Positions 1 to 9,489 of a stretch of DNA of 64,000 nucleotides are shown here, in pieces. A model generated the notes under the pieces. It was not told where the DNA came from. It made no database searches and was given only the letters and a program-made list of their open reading frames with translations. Made by a program: the position numbers and the translations under genes. Origin of the DNA: a virus; the IMG/VR virus record IMGVR_UViG_3300010375_000001, positions 1 to 64,000 of that record; one strand, 5' to 3'. Within the stretch, counting starts at the first letter, position 1. The number at the start of each line of letters is the position of its first letter.

Positions 1-1215
1 ACAGGGAAGATAAAAGAGCTCGTACCAAGGTATGAGCACGCAACAGATGGGGGCGCCCCAATATTGCACACGTTTACTGATGCCAAAGGGAATGAGACTG
101 AGGCACCAGTGCGCTTGCTGGATCAGCAGGTGTTCGATGATTTTGCCAATAGGAAGGGCATCGGAGATCGATTGCGAGGCGAAGTAATGAAGCACTTGAA
201 AGAATACCATTCACCGGATGGACAAGAACTAACATTGGATAGTCCACAGGCGCACTTAGTAGCCAGAGCGATTGCCTATGACATGTTAAAAAACAGAAGG
301 GGCGGCGGTGTTGAAGATACCGGCATCCAGAACAAGCCATCGGCTCAAGAGATCGGTATCCGACTCTTCGGCGATCGGGAGCAGCGAGCATACGACACAC
401 GGTACGGCAGGGGCGAGGCGGAATACGATTTGGATCAAGCCGGCATGTTACCTAAGAAAAACAAGAAGGGCAATCCCAAAGAGAACACTGTAGATGCTAT
501 TAACGAAATCGCGACGCACAATCCAGAGTACTTACAGGGAGAACCTGAAGAATACGATGGCAAAGCAGTGATCGATGTACTCAATCAGTTGCCAAAGGCG
601 CAGCTAAGATACGGACCGACAAAAGTACAATCTTATAAGCATGCTTATTACGATCCCGAAGCTGGAACGTTTACTCTCATCAAGAATGATAAGAAGGCCG
701 CGCCAGAGGTTATTCAGCGTAAAGATATGCCCCGCTTTCTTCATAGTATAGCTACTGCCAATGGAGTCGAAAATAGGTACGTCGATAAATCCTTAGGCAA
801 CTACGGCTTTAACAAGGGAGATTATAGTAATCGGGCCGAAGCGCCGGATCTCGGAGCCGCGCTTTCAGAGCATCGTGCTACCCTGGTAGATAATGCCCTG
901 AGCGCCCCAACAGAAACCCAGCGATCCGCCGCTCTTAAAGATGCGGGTCTAAAAATACCGGAAGGCACCGTCATTGGCCTAAGTGAGAAGGGCGGTTTTA
1001 AGCAACTCTTTGGAGTCGCGCCATACTACATTAAATACCAAAAGCCGAATGGCGAGACCGATGAAAAGCATTTCAATAGCAAAAGTGAGATGGAGCAATA
1101 CCTGAAAAAGCCAATGGTCAAGCCGAAGTCGGCGTCAGAGTCTGTCCCAGCCGACCCTACTTCTAATCTGACACCGGAAGAGAAGGCTGCGTATGAAAAA
1201 TATCAAAATCAATAA
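1..1215 (+). CDS. hypothetical virion-associated protein, 5'-truncated by window edge
   Basis: Frame is open from position 1; stop overlaps the next ATG (TAATG); lies in the virion module. Confidence 0.6.
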   Translation, partial: TGKIKELVPRYEHATDGGAPILHTFTDAKGNETEAPVRLLDQQVFDDFANRKGIGDRLRGEVMKHLKEYHSPDGQELTLDSPQAHLVARAIAYDMLKNRRGGGVEDTGIQNKPSAQEIGIRLFGDREQRAYDTRYGRGEAEYDLDQAGMLPKKNKKGNPKENTVDAINEIATHNPEYLQGEPEEYDGKAVIDVLNQLPKAQLRYGPTKVQSYKHAYYDPEAGTFTLIKNDKKAAPEVIQRKDMPRFLHSIATANGVENRYVDKSLGNYGFNKGDYSNRAEAPDLGAALSEHRATLVDNALSAPTETQRSAALKDAGLKIPEGTVIGLSEKGGFKQLFGVAPYYIKYQKPNGETDEKHFNSKSEMEQYLKKPMVKPKSASESVPADPTSNLTPEEKAAYEKYQNQ

Positions 1216-4200
1216 TGGCAGAAGAAGATGTCATAGAACCACCGCCTCAGCTGGAGGCATCGGATGAAGGTCCAGGCCCCGGGCCGGCGTTAAATGCGGA
1301 TAACACGAAGCGCCTCGCCCAGACATTGGTCAAAATGGAGCGAGCAGGGGAAAAGCCGGAGACGATCAAGGCTTTCGTTTCTGCCTTTCACAAAATGCAT
1401 GATGAAAGTCCATCGAACGGCATTTCAAAACCCGACTACTCCAAGGTGGAGCAGCCTCGCAATGCGGCGGAGACGGCAGCAACGCCGGTGCAGCAGCTGC
1501 AATCGAAGATCAGCTATCAGCAGTCTACTGATCCCGCGATTGTCGCCGAGCGGCAGAAGTACAATGATCTGCGCACTAAAGCCATTCAGGATGTCGAAAG
1601 CGATGACTGGAAGAGCAAAATTTTTAAAGGTGAGAAGCCCGCGCTTACGGATCAGAATTTGCCCGAATCTTCTTACCAGCATGCCGATCCGGACGCGATA
1701 GAAAAGTACCTCGATACGCAGGATCTCGATCATCGAGATCGGTATTGGATGCGCAATCAGCTGTTGAGTTATGGCAAACAACGGCAGATGCAAGGCGCGA
1801 TCGATGAGCGGATGAAAAACAACATCCGCGATATCCCAGAAGTGCAAGCCGCGCAGCAACGCGCGATGGAGAAGGTGGCGCACGGGCAAATCAAAATGGG
1901 GGACGCAGATGCCGAATGGAAGCGCGAAGTAGCGAACCATCCGGAATTACAAACGCAACTGGAGGCTGCTTACCGGAAGGCTGCCGAACAGGAGACAATC
2001 CACCGGGAGCAGGCAACGGCCAACAGGTTGAACAACATAGGGCTGGATGACAAGCCCCTTTCAACCAATGCGCCCTTCCATGACCAGATCACCGGGACCG
2101 ATAAGGCCCTCATGGGCGCCCTCAATTATCCAGCAGATCTGGGCGGACAGATCAGCAGCCTGCTGGAGCTGGGCAATATCCCCGGCCTGAGCTCGCTGGG
2201 CTACAAATTGAAGACGAATGCGGACCAAATGAAGGAACACTACGCCCTTCCGCAAAATGGGGAGTTGGGCAATACGCTCGCGGGGCTTGTTCCCCAGGCG
2301 CTGGATATGGCCGCTTTATCCAAGCTGGCTGGAGCGGCCGGCCGGCCCATCTATAAAGCGGTCGCCGGTTCACCGGCAGCTGACGCCATGGGCGAGTTTG
2401 CCCAGGGTGCCATCGGCGGCGTGGCCGTTAGCCCGGCGAACGCCTATGTCATGGCGCACCAATATTATAATGATTTGGTGAAGCAAGGCGTCACCCCTTC
2501 AGAGGCCGGATCAAAATCCGATCAGCTGCTGGCCAAGAACCTGGCTACCGATCTATTTGCCCTACCGCTGCAAATGGGGTTACTCAAGCTGCCGGCCGGG
2601 AGCTGGGGACAGCGGGCACTTGGCAAAGGCGCGGAGAGTCTGGTATCCGGGTTACATTTTACTGCGCAGGATTTCAATCAAAAGTCTGCCGACAATCCGG
2701 CGCTGTCCATAATCGACTATGTGCAGAATAGTCCCAGCGCTAAGGAGTCTTTTCTAACCGGCGCCACACTTGGTTTTGTACAGAAGGCGGCAACGGATGC
2801 GATGCACAACTGGGACGCTCGTTCGGAGCAGCGCCGGCTGTTTGACTTCGGACGGCAATATGGCGGAGATAAAAACAGCGCACTTCCAAGCAACCATACG
2901 ATCGCTGGCACTATTCTTACTGCCATCGAGTCAAAGGATACGCCGGGGCGTCCCGATGAGATCAAGAATCTCGTAGATGTTTATCAGGCCAAGGGCGTCT
3001 ATACCCCAGAGGAAGCCAAGCGCATACGCAGCATCGTGGACGACGTCACGGCCGTACGGGGACAAGTGCCCAAATATGGTTCACCACTCCAGAAGATGGC
3101 CGTCTTCAACGAGCTACTGAACCAGCATTCTGCTGAGCGCTTCGTCGAGCAAAGCGGCAACAAGGGGGCGGCTAAAGGACCCGAAGAGGCGATAAAGGAG
3201 AGCACCGAACGCATCCAGCGCATTATGGCGGGTCAGGAGCCGCTATACTTTATCAATGGGAACGAAACATCAAAGGAGCAATTGCGTGCAGCGATAGACA
3301 AAGACCCGGATCTTGTCAGCCGTCCTGGAGCGCGAATCGATATACGCAATGACTCCGATTTTGCCAACGAACTTAAATCGAAACGAGATGCCATTCAAAA
3401 GCAAAAGTCAGATGCGGATGCTCTTCGCCACGCACCCGCAGATGGCGCAACAGTGGGCGAGCGAAATGAAGGCGAAGGGGCAGTCCATGAAAAACCTGCC
3501 GGAGAAAAAGAAACAGGCAAAGGCGTCACCGAAGGCATCCACAGCTTAACGGAGGAGGATGAACAAGGCAAGGCTTCGGGTCAAATTGGCCCTCGCCTGT
3601 CCGATGACGGGGTAGTTAAAGCGCACGAGCTGGCGGCGGATGCCTGGGAGAAGAACCCAAACATTTCAAAAGTGATCGCCGATGATTCGCCGCGATCTAA
3701 AGAGACGGCGGACATCGTGAGTCGAGATCAAGTCCCCGTACAAATCGATGAGCGGAATCGAAGCTGGAAGATGGGCGACTTCGATGGCACGCCGGACGCT
3801 GACTTCGATCCGATCAAGAAATGGTTTGGCCAGCATCCAAACGATGTCACCTACGATGGCCCACTGGAAAAATACAAGGGCAAGTCGCTCGGAGAAAGCT
3901 TGAATGAGTATGCCAAGCGGGCGATCGATTTCAGAAATGAGATCAACAAGGAAGGGCCGGAGACTTTCTTGGTCAACCATTCTGAGAACAGTAAAATATT
4001 CGATGCCTATGAGGCCAATGGCAACAAGTGGGATGCGGATGCTATTGCCGACTATCTGGAGCGGCCATCTCCGGAACATGCCACGATTCATGATCAGAAA
4101 GATATTGATGCAAAAACAAACACCGTTACCGACAAGATCGAAAGTGGCGAGGTAACGGCCGAACAAATAAAGCCTGCTGCTAAATTATTCATTGAAGAAG

Positions 4201-6860
4201 AAGCCGATGAAAAAGGAGAGTCCATACCAAAGATTCAGTCGAGTGATCAGCCAGAAGCCGGAAATAGCCAAGATGATGGAACACCTCGACAATACGCAAA
4301 AGCAACGCGTGGTCCACAAGCTGTTCCAGCATCTGGTCAAGGGCAAACCGCTTCCGGACAAAATCAAGGCAGTCAATCCATACCCGGAGGTGCAGGCGCC
4401 CCAGACCCAGCTCGGCTGACACGAGCGGCAAAGCAGCTGCTGCTGGCGGGCCGCACCGATGATCAGGTACTGACGTACTTGAAGCGCAAAGGCATGGCTG
4501 ATCCGGAAGCGCTCGCGGCGCTGGGAGAGGCGAAGGCCAACCCCATTGATCAAGAAGCAAAGGATCAGGCATTAGCTGAGGTGAGCGCAAAGTTCCTGGG
4601 CAAGAATACCAACACCTGGCTCGGCAATAAGGAATTGAACAAGGTCAATGCTCAGCAGACGACACGGGAATACCAGGACGAGATCAAAGCTTCCGTCAAG
4701 GAAGAACCGGCGCAGAAAGGCGTCTCCTGGAAAGACGTCGATCGAGCCATTCATATCTACCTCGACCTCCAGCGTAACCCGCAGCATCTCGCCGAGTATT
4801 ATCCGAAGCTGAACGCGCAGCAAAAGAAGATCGTCGATCTATCCCAACACTTGACCGATCGGCAGAAAGATGTTGCCGAAGCGATCAAAGAAGAATACGA
4901 GTTTTTAGGGAAGCAGGCGCAGAACGCCGGGCTGATTCAAGATGTACTGGATAATTACGTCGCAAGGGCGTGGGATCTAAAATCCGGTAAACCCGCCACA
5001 GAAGAGAACTTTAAGTTTGCCACTTCCACCCGGCATAAGTTGCAACGGACGCTCGATACCATCCTGCAAGGGTATGCGGAGGGCATGAAGCTGAAGGTCG
5101 AGGGGGCTACCAACAACCTGCAAGTCTTGAAGCAGGAGATCGGCAATGTCATCCAGAACAAGCAACTCCTCGACCAAGGAGAAGCGATGAAATACAACAG
5201 CGGTGACGTAGACGCAAAGGGCAAGCCGATTATGCAGCGCGTATTTACTACCGATTCGAAAACGCCAGGTTACGTCAAGATTGACAGCCCTGCCTTTCAG
5301 AAATGGGAGCGGGCTGGCAATATCAAAGATTACCCGGAGCAAGATGCGCAAATTATGGGACGCCGACGCGATGTAATCATCGGTGAGGATGGCCTGGTTC
5401 TGAAGAAAGAGCCCCTATTCGCGCCGGAGGCGGTTGCTAAATCGTTGAATAACATCTTAGGAAAGCGGCAGTCGAGTAGCGAAGTCGTGAAGGATCTGGC
5501 GAAATATAACATGTTGATCAAGCAGTCCATTCTCTCCTTGTCTGGCTTTCACTACATCGCCTTTACCCGGGCGCACATGTTAAGTGCGACAGAAGGGATT
5601 AATCCCATCTCCGCGTACCGGACGGGGATCAATATGCTGGCCGAACAACATCCGATCGGCCAGGAGCTCATCCGCCAAGGGATGACGCTCAATCGGCAGC
5701 AGGACTGGAACGAAATGGTGGCGGATCATAATACTTGGGTAGGTAAACAGTTCGACAAGATCGGCGCGACCAAATGGATGAAGGATAAGCTCGTCAATCT
5801 AAATGAGCAGATGCATCACCATTTGTTTAATACGTATGGGGCAGGCTTGAAAATGTTCGATGGCGTCAACCTAGTTAAACAGGAGCTCGCCAAGTTGTCG
5901 GCCGGGGCAGACCCGAAGCCAGTGTATGAGAAAGTCGCCAAGCTCATGAACGATACCTATGGCGGCATTAACTGGGATCGGATGCATGGCACTAAAATGC
6001 AGAGTCCCGCTCTTAGAAGATATACGAGTCTGTTGGCACTGGCGCCAGACTGGACGGCCAGCAACCTGCGGATGGCGAAGAAAGCTTTCGCACGGGGGGA
6101 TGAGGCGAATCTTTATCGAAAAGCCTGGGGGCGGGTTCTTCTGCGAGGCATAACGATAACGGCGGCGGCTAACCTCCTCATGACGGCCTTTGACCAGAAG
6201 GGTGATGATGGCAACGATATCTCTTACGGCGAAGCGCTCCAGCGCCGATACGGAAAAGCCTGGGACAAGAACTTTCTTCGCACGACGATGATCGATATTA
6301 CCCCGCTCTATCACGCGATCGGGGGGGCGGCGGACAAGCGAGCGTACTTCAGCATCTTCGGCGCCTACACCGATCCAATGAAGATGATAACAAATGTCGG
6401 CGACTTCACTCGAAGCAAGGGAAGCTTTGTCACCAAGGCGGGCGTCGAATTCTTCAGCGGCCAGAACTGGCAAGGCAGGGAGTTTACCACACTCGATGAG
6501 CTGCTGGGGATGGACGACAAAGGAACCTATACAAAAAGTCAGGAAGGCCACGCGAAAGGGGATATTAATCCCAATACGGGTGAACCTTACAAGCGCGATC
6601 AGGCCGAGCACGAGGAGGGCGCCGCAAAGGGCGGCAAGCTCGGAGGTCAACTAACCAAATGGCCGGAGGGCGGCGGGCACGCGGTGACCAACGCGCAATT
6701 GCCCAGCTTCATTTTAAGTGAAGTGCGGGGTATGTTCCCGACGTCGGCGCAAAATATCTGGCAATGTGCAGCCGGGGAAAATGACTGGACATCCGGTCTC
6801 CTGAATCTGGTCGGCACCGGTGTATTAACCAATAAAGAACCCACGAAAAAAGATGAGTAA
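1215..6860 (+). CDS. giant (1881 aa) polyvalent/ejection-type virion protein with internal histidine-phosphatase-like domain
   Basis: Long ORF upstream of terminase; Ala/Gly-rich hydrophobic helices; ~nt 3540-4020 read IHS..SGQ..PRLSDDG..D(S)PRSKETA..DERNRSWKMGDFDG..GESLNEYAKR..LVNHS, resembling the His_Phos_1 pattern. Confidence 0.65.
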   Translation: MAEEDVIEPPPQLEASDEGPGPGPALNADNTKRLAQTLVKMERAGEKPETIKAFVSAFHKMHDESPSNGISKPDYSKVEQPRNAAETAATPVQQLQSKISYQQSTDPAIVAERQKYNDLRTKAIQDVESDDWKSKIFKGEKPALTDQNLPESSYQHADPDAIEKYLDTQDLDHRDRYWMRNQLLSYGKQRQMQGAIDERMKNNIRDIPEVQAAQQRAMEKVAHGQIKMGDADAEWKREVANHPELQTQLEAAYRKAAEQETIHREQATANRLNNIGLDDKPLSTNAPFHDQITGTDKALMGALNYPADLGGQISSLLELGNIPGLSSLGYKLKTNADQMKEHYALPQNGELGNTLAGLVPQALDMAALSKLAGAAGRPIYKAVAGSPAADAMGEFAQGAIGGVAVSPANAYVMAHQYYNDLVKQGVTPSEAGSKSDQLLAKNLATDLFALPLQMGLLKLPAGSWGQRALGKGAESLVSGLHFTAQDFNQKSADNPALSIIDYVQNSPSAKESFLTGATLGFVQKAATDAMHNWDARSEQRRLFDFGRQYGGDKNSALPSNHTIAGTILTAIESKDTPGRPDEIKNLVDVYQAKGVYTPEEAKRIRSIVDDVTAVRGQVPKYGSPLQKMAVFNELLNQHSAERFVEQSGNKGAAKGPEEAIKESTERIQRIMAGQEPLYFINGNETSKEQLRAAIDKDPDLVSRPGARIDIRNDSDFANELKSKRDAIQKQKSDADALRHAPADGATVGERNEGEGAVHEKPAGEKETGKGVTEGIHSLTEEDEQGKASGQIGPRLSDDGVVKAHELAADAWEKNPNISKVIADDSPRSKETADIVSRDQVPVQIDERNRSWKMGDFDGTPDADFDPIKKWFGQHPNDVTYDGPLEKYKGKSLGESLNEYAKRAIDFRNEINKEGPETFLVNHSENSKIFDAYEANGNKWDADAIADYLERPSPEHATIHDQKDIDAKTNTVTDKIESGEVTAEQIKPAAKLFIEEEADEKGESIPKIQSSDQPEAGNSQDDGTPRQYAKATRGPQAVPASGQGQTASGQNQGSQSIPGGAGAPDPARLTRAAKQLLLAGRTDDQVLTYLKRKGMADPEALAALGEAKANPIDQEAKDQALAEVSAKFLGKNTNTWLGNKELNKVNAQQTTREYQDEIKASVKEEPAQKGVSWKDVDRAIHIYLDLQRNPQHLAEYYPKLNAQQKKIVDLSQHLTDRQKDVAEAIKEEYEFLGKQAQNAGLIQDVLDNYVARAWDLKSGKPATEENFKFATSTRHKLQRTLDTILQGYAEGMKLKVEGATNNLQVLKQEIGNVIQNKQLLDQGEAMKYNSGDVDAKGKPIMQRVFTTDSKTPGYVKIDSPAFQKWERAGNIKDYPEQDAQIMGRRRDVIIGEDGLVLKKEPLFAPEAVAKSLNNILGKRQSSSEVVKDLAKYNMLIKQSILSLSGFHYIAFTRAHMLSATEGINPISAYRTGINMLAEQHPIGQELIRQGMTLNRQQDWNEMVADHNTWVGKQFDKIGATKWMKDKLVNLNEQMHHHLFNTYGAGLKMFDGVNLVKQELAKLSAGADPKPVYEKVAKLMNDTYGGINWDRMHGTKMQSPALRRYTSLLALAPDWTASNLRMAKKAFARGDEANLYRKAWGRVLLRGITITAAANLLMTAFDQKGDDGNDISYGEALQRRYGKAWDKNFLRTTMIDITPLYHAIGGAADKRAYFSIFGAYTDPMKMITNVGDFTRSKGSFVTKAGVEFFSGQNWQGREFTTLDELLGMDDKGTYTKSQEGHAKGDINPNTGEPYKRDQAEHEEGAAKGGKLGGQLTKWPEGGGHAVTNAQLPSFILSEVRGMFPTSAQNIWQCAAGENDWTSGLLNLVGTGVLTNKEPTKKDE
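3388..3549 (+). CDS. nested +1-frame small basic protein (MPFKSKSQMRMLFATHPQMAQQWA...)
   Basis: ATG after A-rich TAAATCGAAACGAG; protein-like sequence resembling small phage MPFKSKAQ-type proteins from memory; host frame here is a low-complexity linker. Confidence 0.5.
   Translation: MPFKSKSQMRMLFATHPQMAQQWASEMKAKGQSMKNLPEKKKQAKASPKASTA
4207..4419 (+). CDS. nested +1-frame small basic helical protein (MKKESPYQRFSRVISQKPEIAKMMEHL...)
   Basis: Amphipathic, protein-like 70 aa ORF overlapping a disordered Q/G/S linker of the giant ORF. Confidence 0.4.
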   Translation: MKKESPYQRFSRVISQKPEIAKMMEHLDNTQKQRVVHKLFQHLVKGKPLPDKIKAVNPYPEVQAPQTQLG

Positions 6861-7455
6861 GTATACAGAGCCCAGTTTTAAGTACTGTCAATTCAATCCC
6901 TTGGTTGGCAGAAAGATGACGGACAACTATCCGGAGATCTGGGAAATCATTTCGGACGATCTAAGGGGAAGCATGGATCTCGATCCCATACTGCGCTACA
7001 TCATTATGGTGTACGATCCCAAAAGCCCGCTGGTCGGCAACGAGCGCGATCTGAACTTCCGGAAGGGGATTGCCGCCGAGCTGTCTGGCCTCAATACCAG
7101 TACGGAGGGCATCGAAGCCATCTACAGTTGCACCTATCCTGGGATAGTGGAACTCATCTGCAAGTTTCTGGTACGCTTCGTTAAGTCCAAGGAATGGGCC
7201 GCGATCTGTGCCTACGAGTATAAGTTCTGGGAAGCCATTAGACTCCTGATGCAGCCGATTGCTTCCGATAAGTCTGACCGGGAGCAGCTGGACGCCGCCA
7301 ATAAGAAAGATGTATTGTCGGCCAGCATCGATGAAGGTCTGATCAAAATAGAGGCGCTGTATCGGGCTTTCTTTGGCGAGGATGAGGGATTAGAACGCCG
7401 CGCAAAGAAAAGAGTGAGTCCGGAACTAATGGCAGAGAAACACAAAGTCATTTGA
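6853..7455 (+). CDS. hypothetical protein, possible terminase small subunit
   Basis: Helical 200 aa protein directly upstream of TerL; position only. Confidence 0.45.
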   Translation: MSKYTEPSFKYCQFNPLVGRKMTDNYPEIWEIISDDLRGSMDLDPILRYIIMVYDPKSPLVGNERDLNFRKGIAAELSGLNTSTEGIEAIYSCTYPGIVELICKFLVRFVKSKEWAAICAYEYKFWEAIRLLMQPIASDKSDREQLDAANKKDVLSASIDEGLIKIEALYRAFFGEDEGLERRAKKRVSPELMAEKHKVI

Positions 7456-7456
7456 G

Positions 7457-9487
7457 GTGTACGCAAAAATACCAAAAGGAACCAAAGAAGATATCTACGG
7501 GCTGGAGTGCTACCTGCCGCCGCTAGGCTATGGTATCAGCTCAGTGACTGGAGCAGTCGAGAAGACGGACGTGCTGAAACGATCGACAAACAAGTCGGAG
7601 CAATACTGGGAACGTACGCCGCTGCCGGAAGGGTGGAATAAGAAGCGGAAGATCGAGATCGACAAACAGCGCACGGACGAAGATTTTGTCGATCGAGAGC
7701 TCGAAGACTTCCGCGAGCAGGAATGGAGACGGCGACTGTGCGGTGTATGGTTCTATAATAATGGCGTGCCTACCTATATCACTGGGGAGCACTATATGTA
7801 CTTAAATTGGTGGTATCTGGATGATGGCTATCCTCAGTTTCGCGAACCGGACAGAAGACGGTATTATTTTTTGCAATACTGCATTGAAGACCCCCGATGT
7901 GCCGGCATGATCGAAGCGGCCAACCGCCGTTCCGGCAAAAGCTTTCGGGGAGCGCTGTTCGTCTATGAATACTCCAGCCGGAATATGGATGTCAATGGCG
8001 GGATGCAAAGCAAGACCGACGCCGATGCAAAAAATCTCTTTAAGGGGAAGCTGATCACGCCCTTTCGGCGCCTCCCAGATTTCTTCCGACCGGAGATCGA
8101 CAACCAGGCAGGCTCTAATCCGGAGAAGGAACTGAAGATGATGAAGACACCCCGGCGCGGCAAGAAGGCAAACGAAGACTTTGACAATCTTGGGCTCAAC
8201 TCCATGATCAACTATTTGAGCTCCGAGCTCTACGCCTATGATGGATGGAAACTACATCGATACTTGGGCGATGAGGTGGGCAAGACTGCCGAGGTAGATG
8301 TTTATGAAAGGCACACTGTTGTCAAGTATTGCTTGCGGGTGGGGAAGAAGTGGATCGGCAAAGCGCTCTATACAACGACGGTGGAAAAGATGAAGGATGA
8401 CAAGTCGATTAAATCGCCGGCCTTCCGGAAGCTGTGGATCGACAGCGATCCGATCTTTCGAGATGAAAATGGCCACACGAAGACAGGCCTTTATCGATAC
8501 TTCACGCCGGCGTATGAGATGCTGGAATTCGATCGCTACGGTATCCCGCTCGTTGAACAAAGCAAAACGTTTTACTTAAACGGACGCGCCGCCTTGCACA
8601 ACGACCCTCGCGCACTGGCGGCGGAAATCGCCAAGAACCCCTTCACCGAAGCGGAACTATTTTATGATGCCGCAGAGCACTGCCTCTTTGATTCGATGAA
8701 GTTGAATATTCAAAAGGATTCCATATCGTGGAAGGAGAACATCATCGAACGAGGGAATTTCGTGTGGGAGAATGGCGAACGGTTCTCAAAGGTCATCTGG
8801 GAGAAATCGCCTTCTGGTCGCTACACCATGTATACCGGCTTTCAATTCAAGCGGCCCGAAGACGCGAACCGGGTATTGAAGCAGGGTGATTATTATATGC
8901 CCAATAACAACTATGCCTTTGCCATGGGCTGCGATCCTTTCAAGTACGACAAGGTGAAGGACAATAGAAGGTCAGACTGCGCGGCCTTCGTCTACAAGAA
9001 GTTTGATCCGGCCGACCCTAATCATCCCTTCAACGACGCGCCAGTATGCAAATATACCCATCGGGCGCCCACGACTTCCTTTCAGTATGAAGACTTACTG
9101 AAAATGGCGTGGTACTTCGGTTGTCAGATCCTGTTCGAACGAAACATCGATGGATGGAAAGATTATTTCATTCATCATCGGTGTCACAACTTTCTCATGA
9201 AACTGCCAGGAGAAGAAGAATACGGGCTCTACAGCGACGGGAAAGGACGTGCCATTCAGATGATCTGCGACTATACGGAAGCTTATATAAACGAATTTAT
9301 ATCTAAGATATACTATACGGACCTGATCGATGAGTGGCTGGAGTTTAAGCCGGAGGCCACTACAGCTTTCGATCAGGTGATCGGCTTCGGGATGACCTTG
9401 GTCGCCTGTCGTAAACACCGAGCGCGAAACTTTGGTGATTCGGTGAAAGAGTTTGGGGACTATTTTAAAATATTTAAAGCGGTCTAA
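7457..9487 (+). CDS. terL: terminase large subunit
   Basis: Walker A NRRSGKS, Walker B YLGDEVGK, motif III YTTT, nuclease motif MGCDPF..D; adjacent to portal. Confidence 0.9.
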   Translation: MYAKIPKGTKEDIYGLECYLPPLGYGISSVTGAVEKTDVLKRSTNKSEQYWERTPLPEGWNKKRKIEIDKQRTDEDFVDRELEDFREQEWRRRLCGVWFYNNGVPTYITGEHYMYLNWWYLDDGYPQFREPDRRRYYFLQYCIEDPRCAGMIEAANRRSGKSFRGALFVYEYSSRNMDVNGGMQSKTDADAKNLFKGKLITPFRRLPDFFRPEIDNQAGSNPEKELKMMKTPRRGKKANEDFDNLGLNSMINYLSSELYAYDGWKLHRYLGDEVGKTAEVDVYERHTVVKYCLRVGKKWIGKALYTTTVEKMKDDKSIKSPAFRKLWIDSDPIFRDENGHTKTGLYRYFTPAYEMLEFDRYGIPLVEQSKTFYLNGRAALHNDPRALAAEIAKNPFTEAELFYDAAEHCLFDSMKLNIQKDSISWKENIIERGNFVWENGERFSKVIWEKSPSGRYTMYTGFQFKRPEDANRVLKQGDYYMPNNNYAFAMGCDPFKYDKVKDNRRSDCAAFVYKKFDPADPNHPFNDAPVCKYTHRAPTTSFQYEDLLKMAWYFGCQILFERNIDGWKDYFIHHRCHNFLMKLPGEEEYGLYSDGKGRAIQMICDYTEAYINEFISKIYYTDLIDEWLEFKPEATTAFDQVIGFGMTLVACRKHRARNFGDSVKEFGDYFKIFKAV

Positions 9488-9489
9488 CA

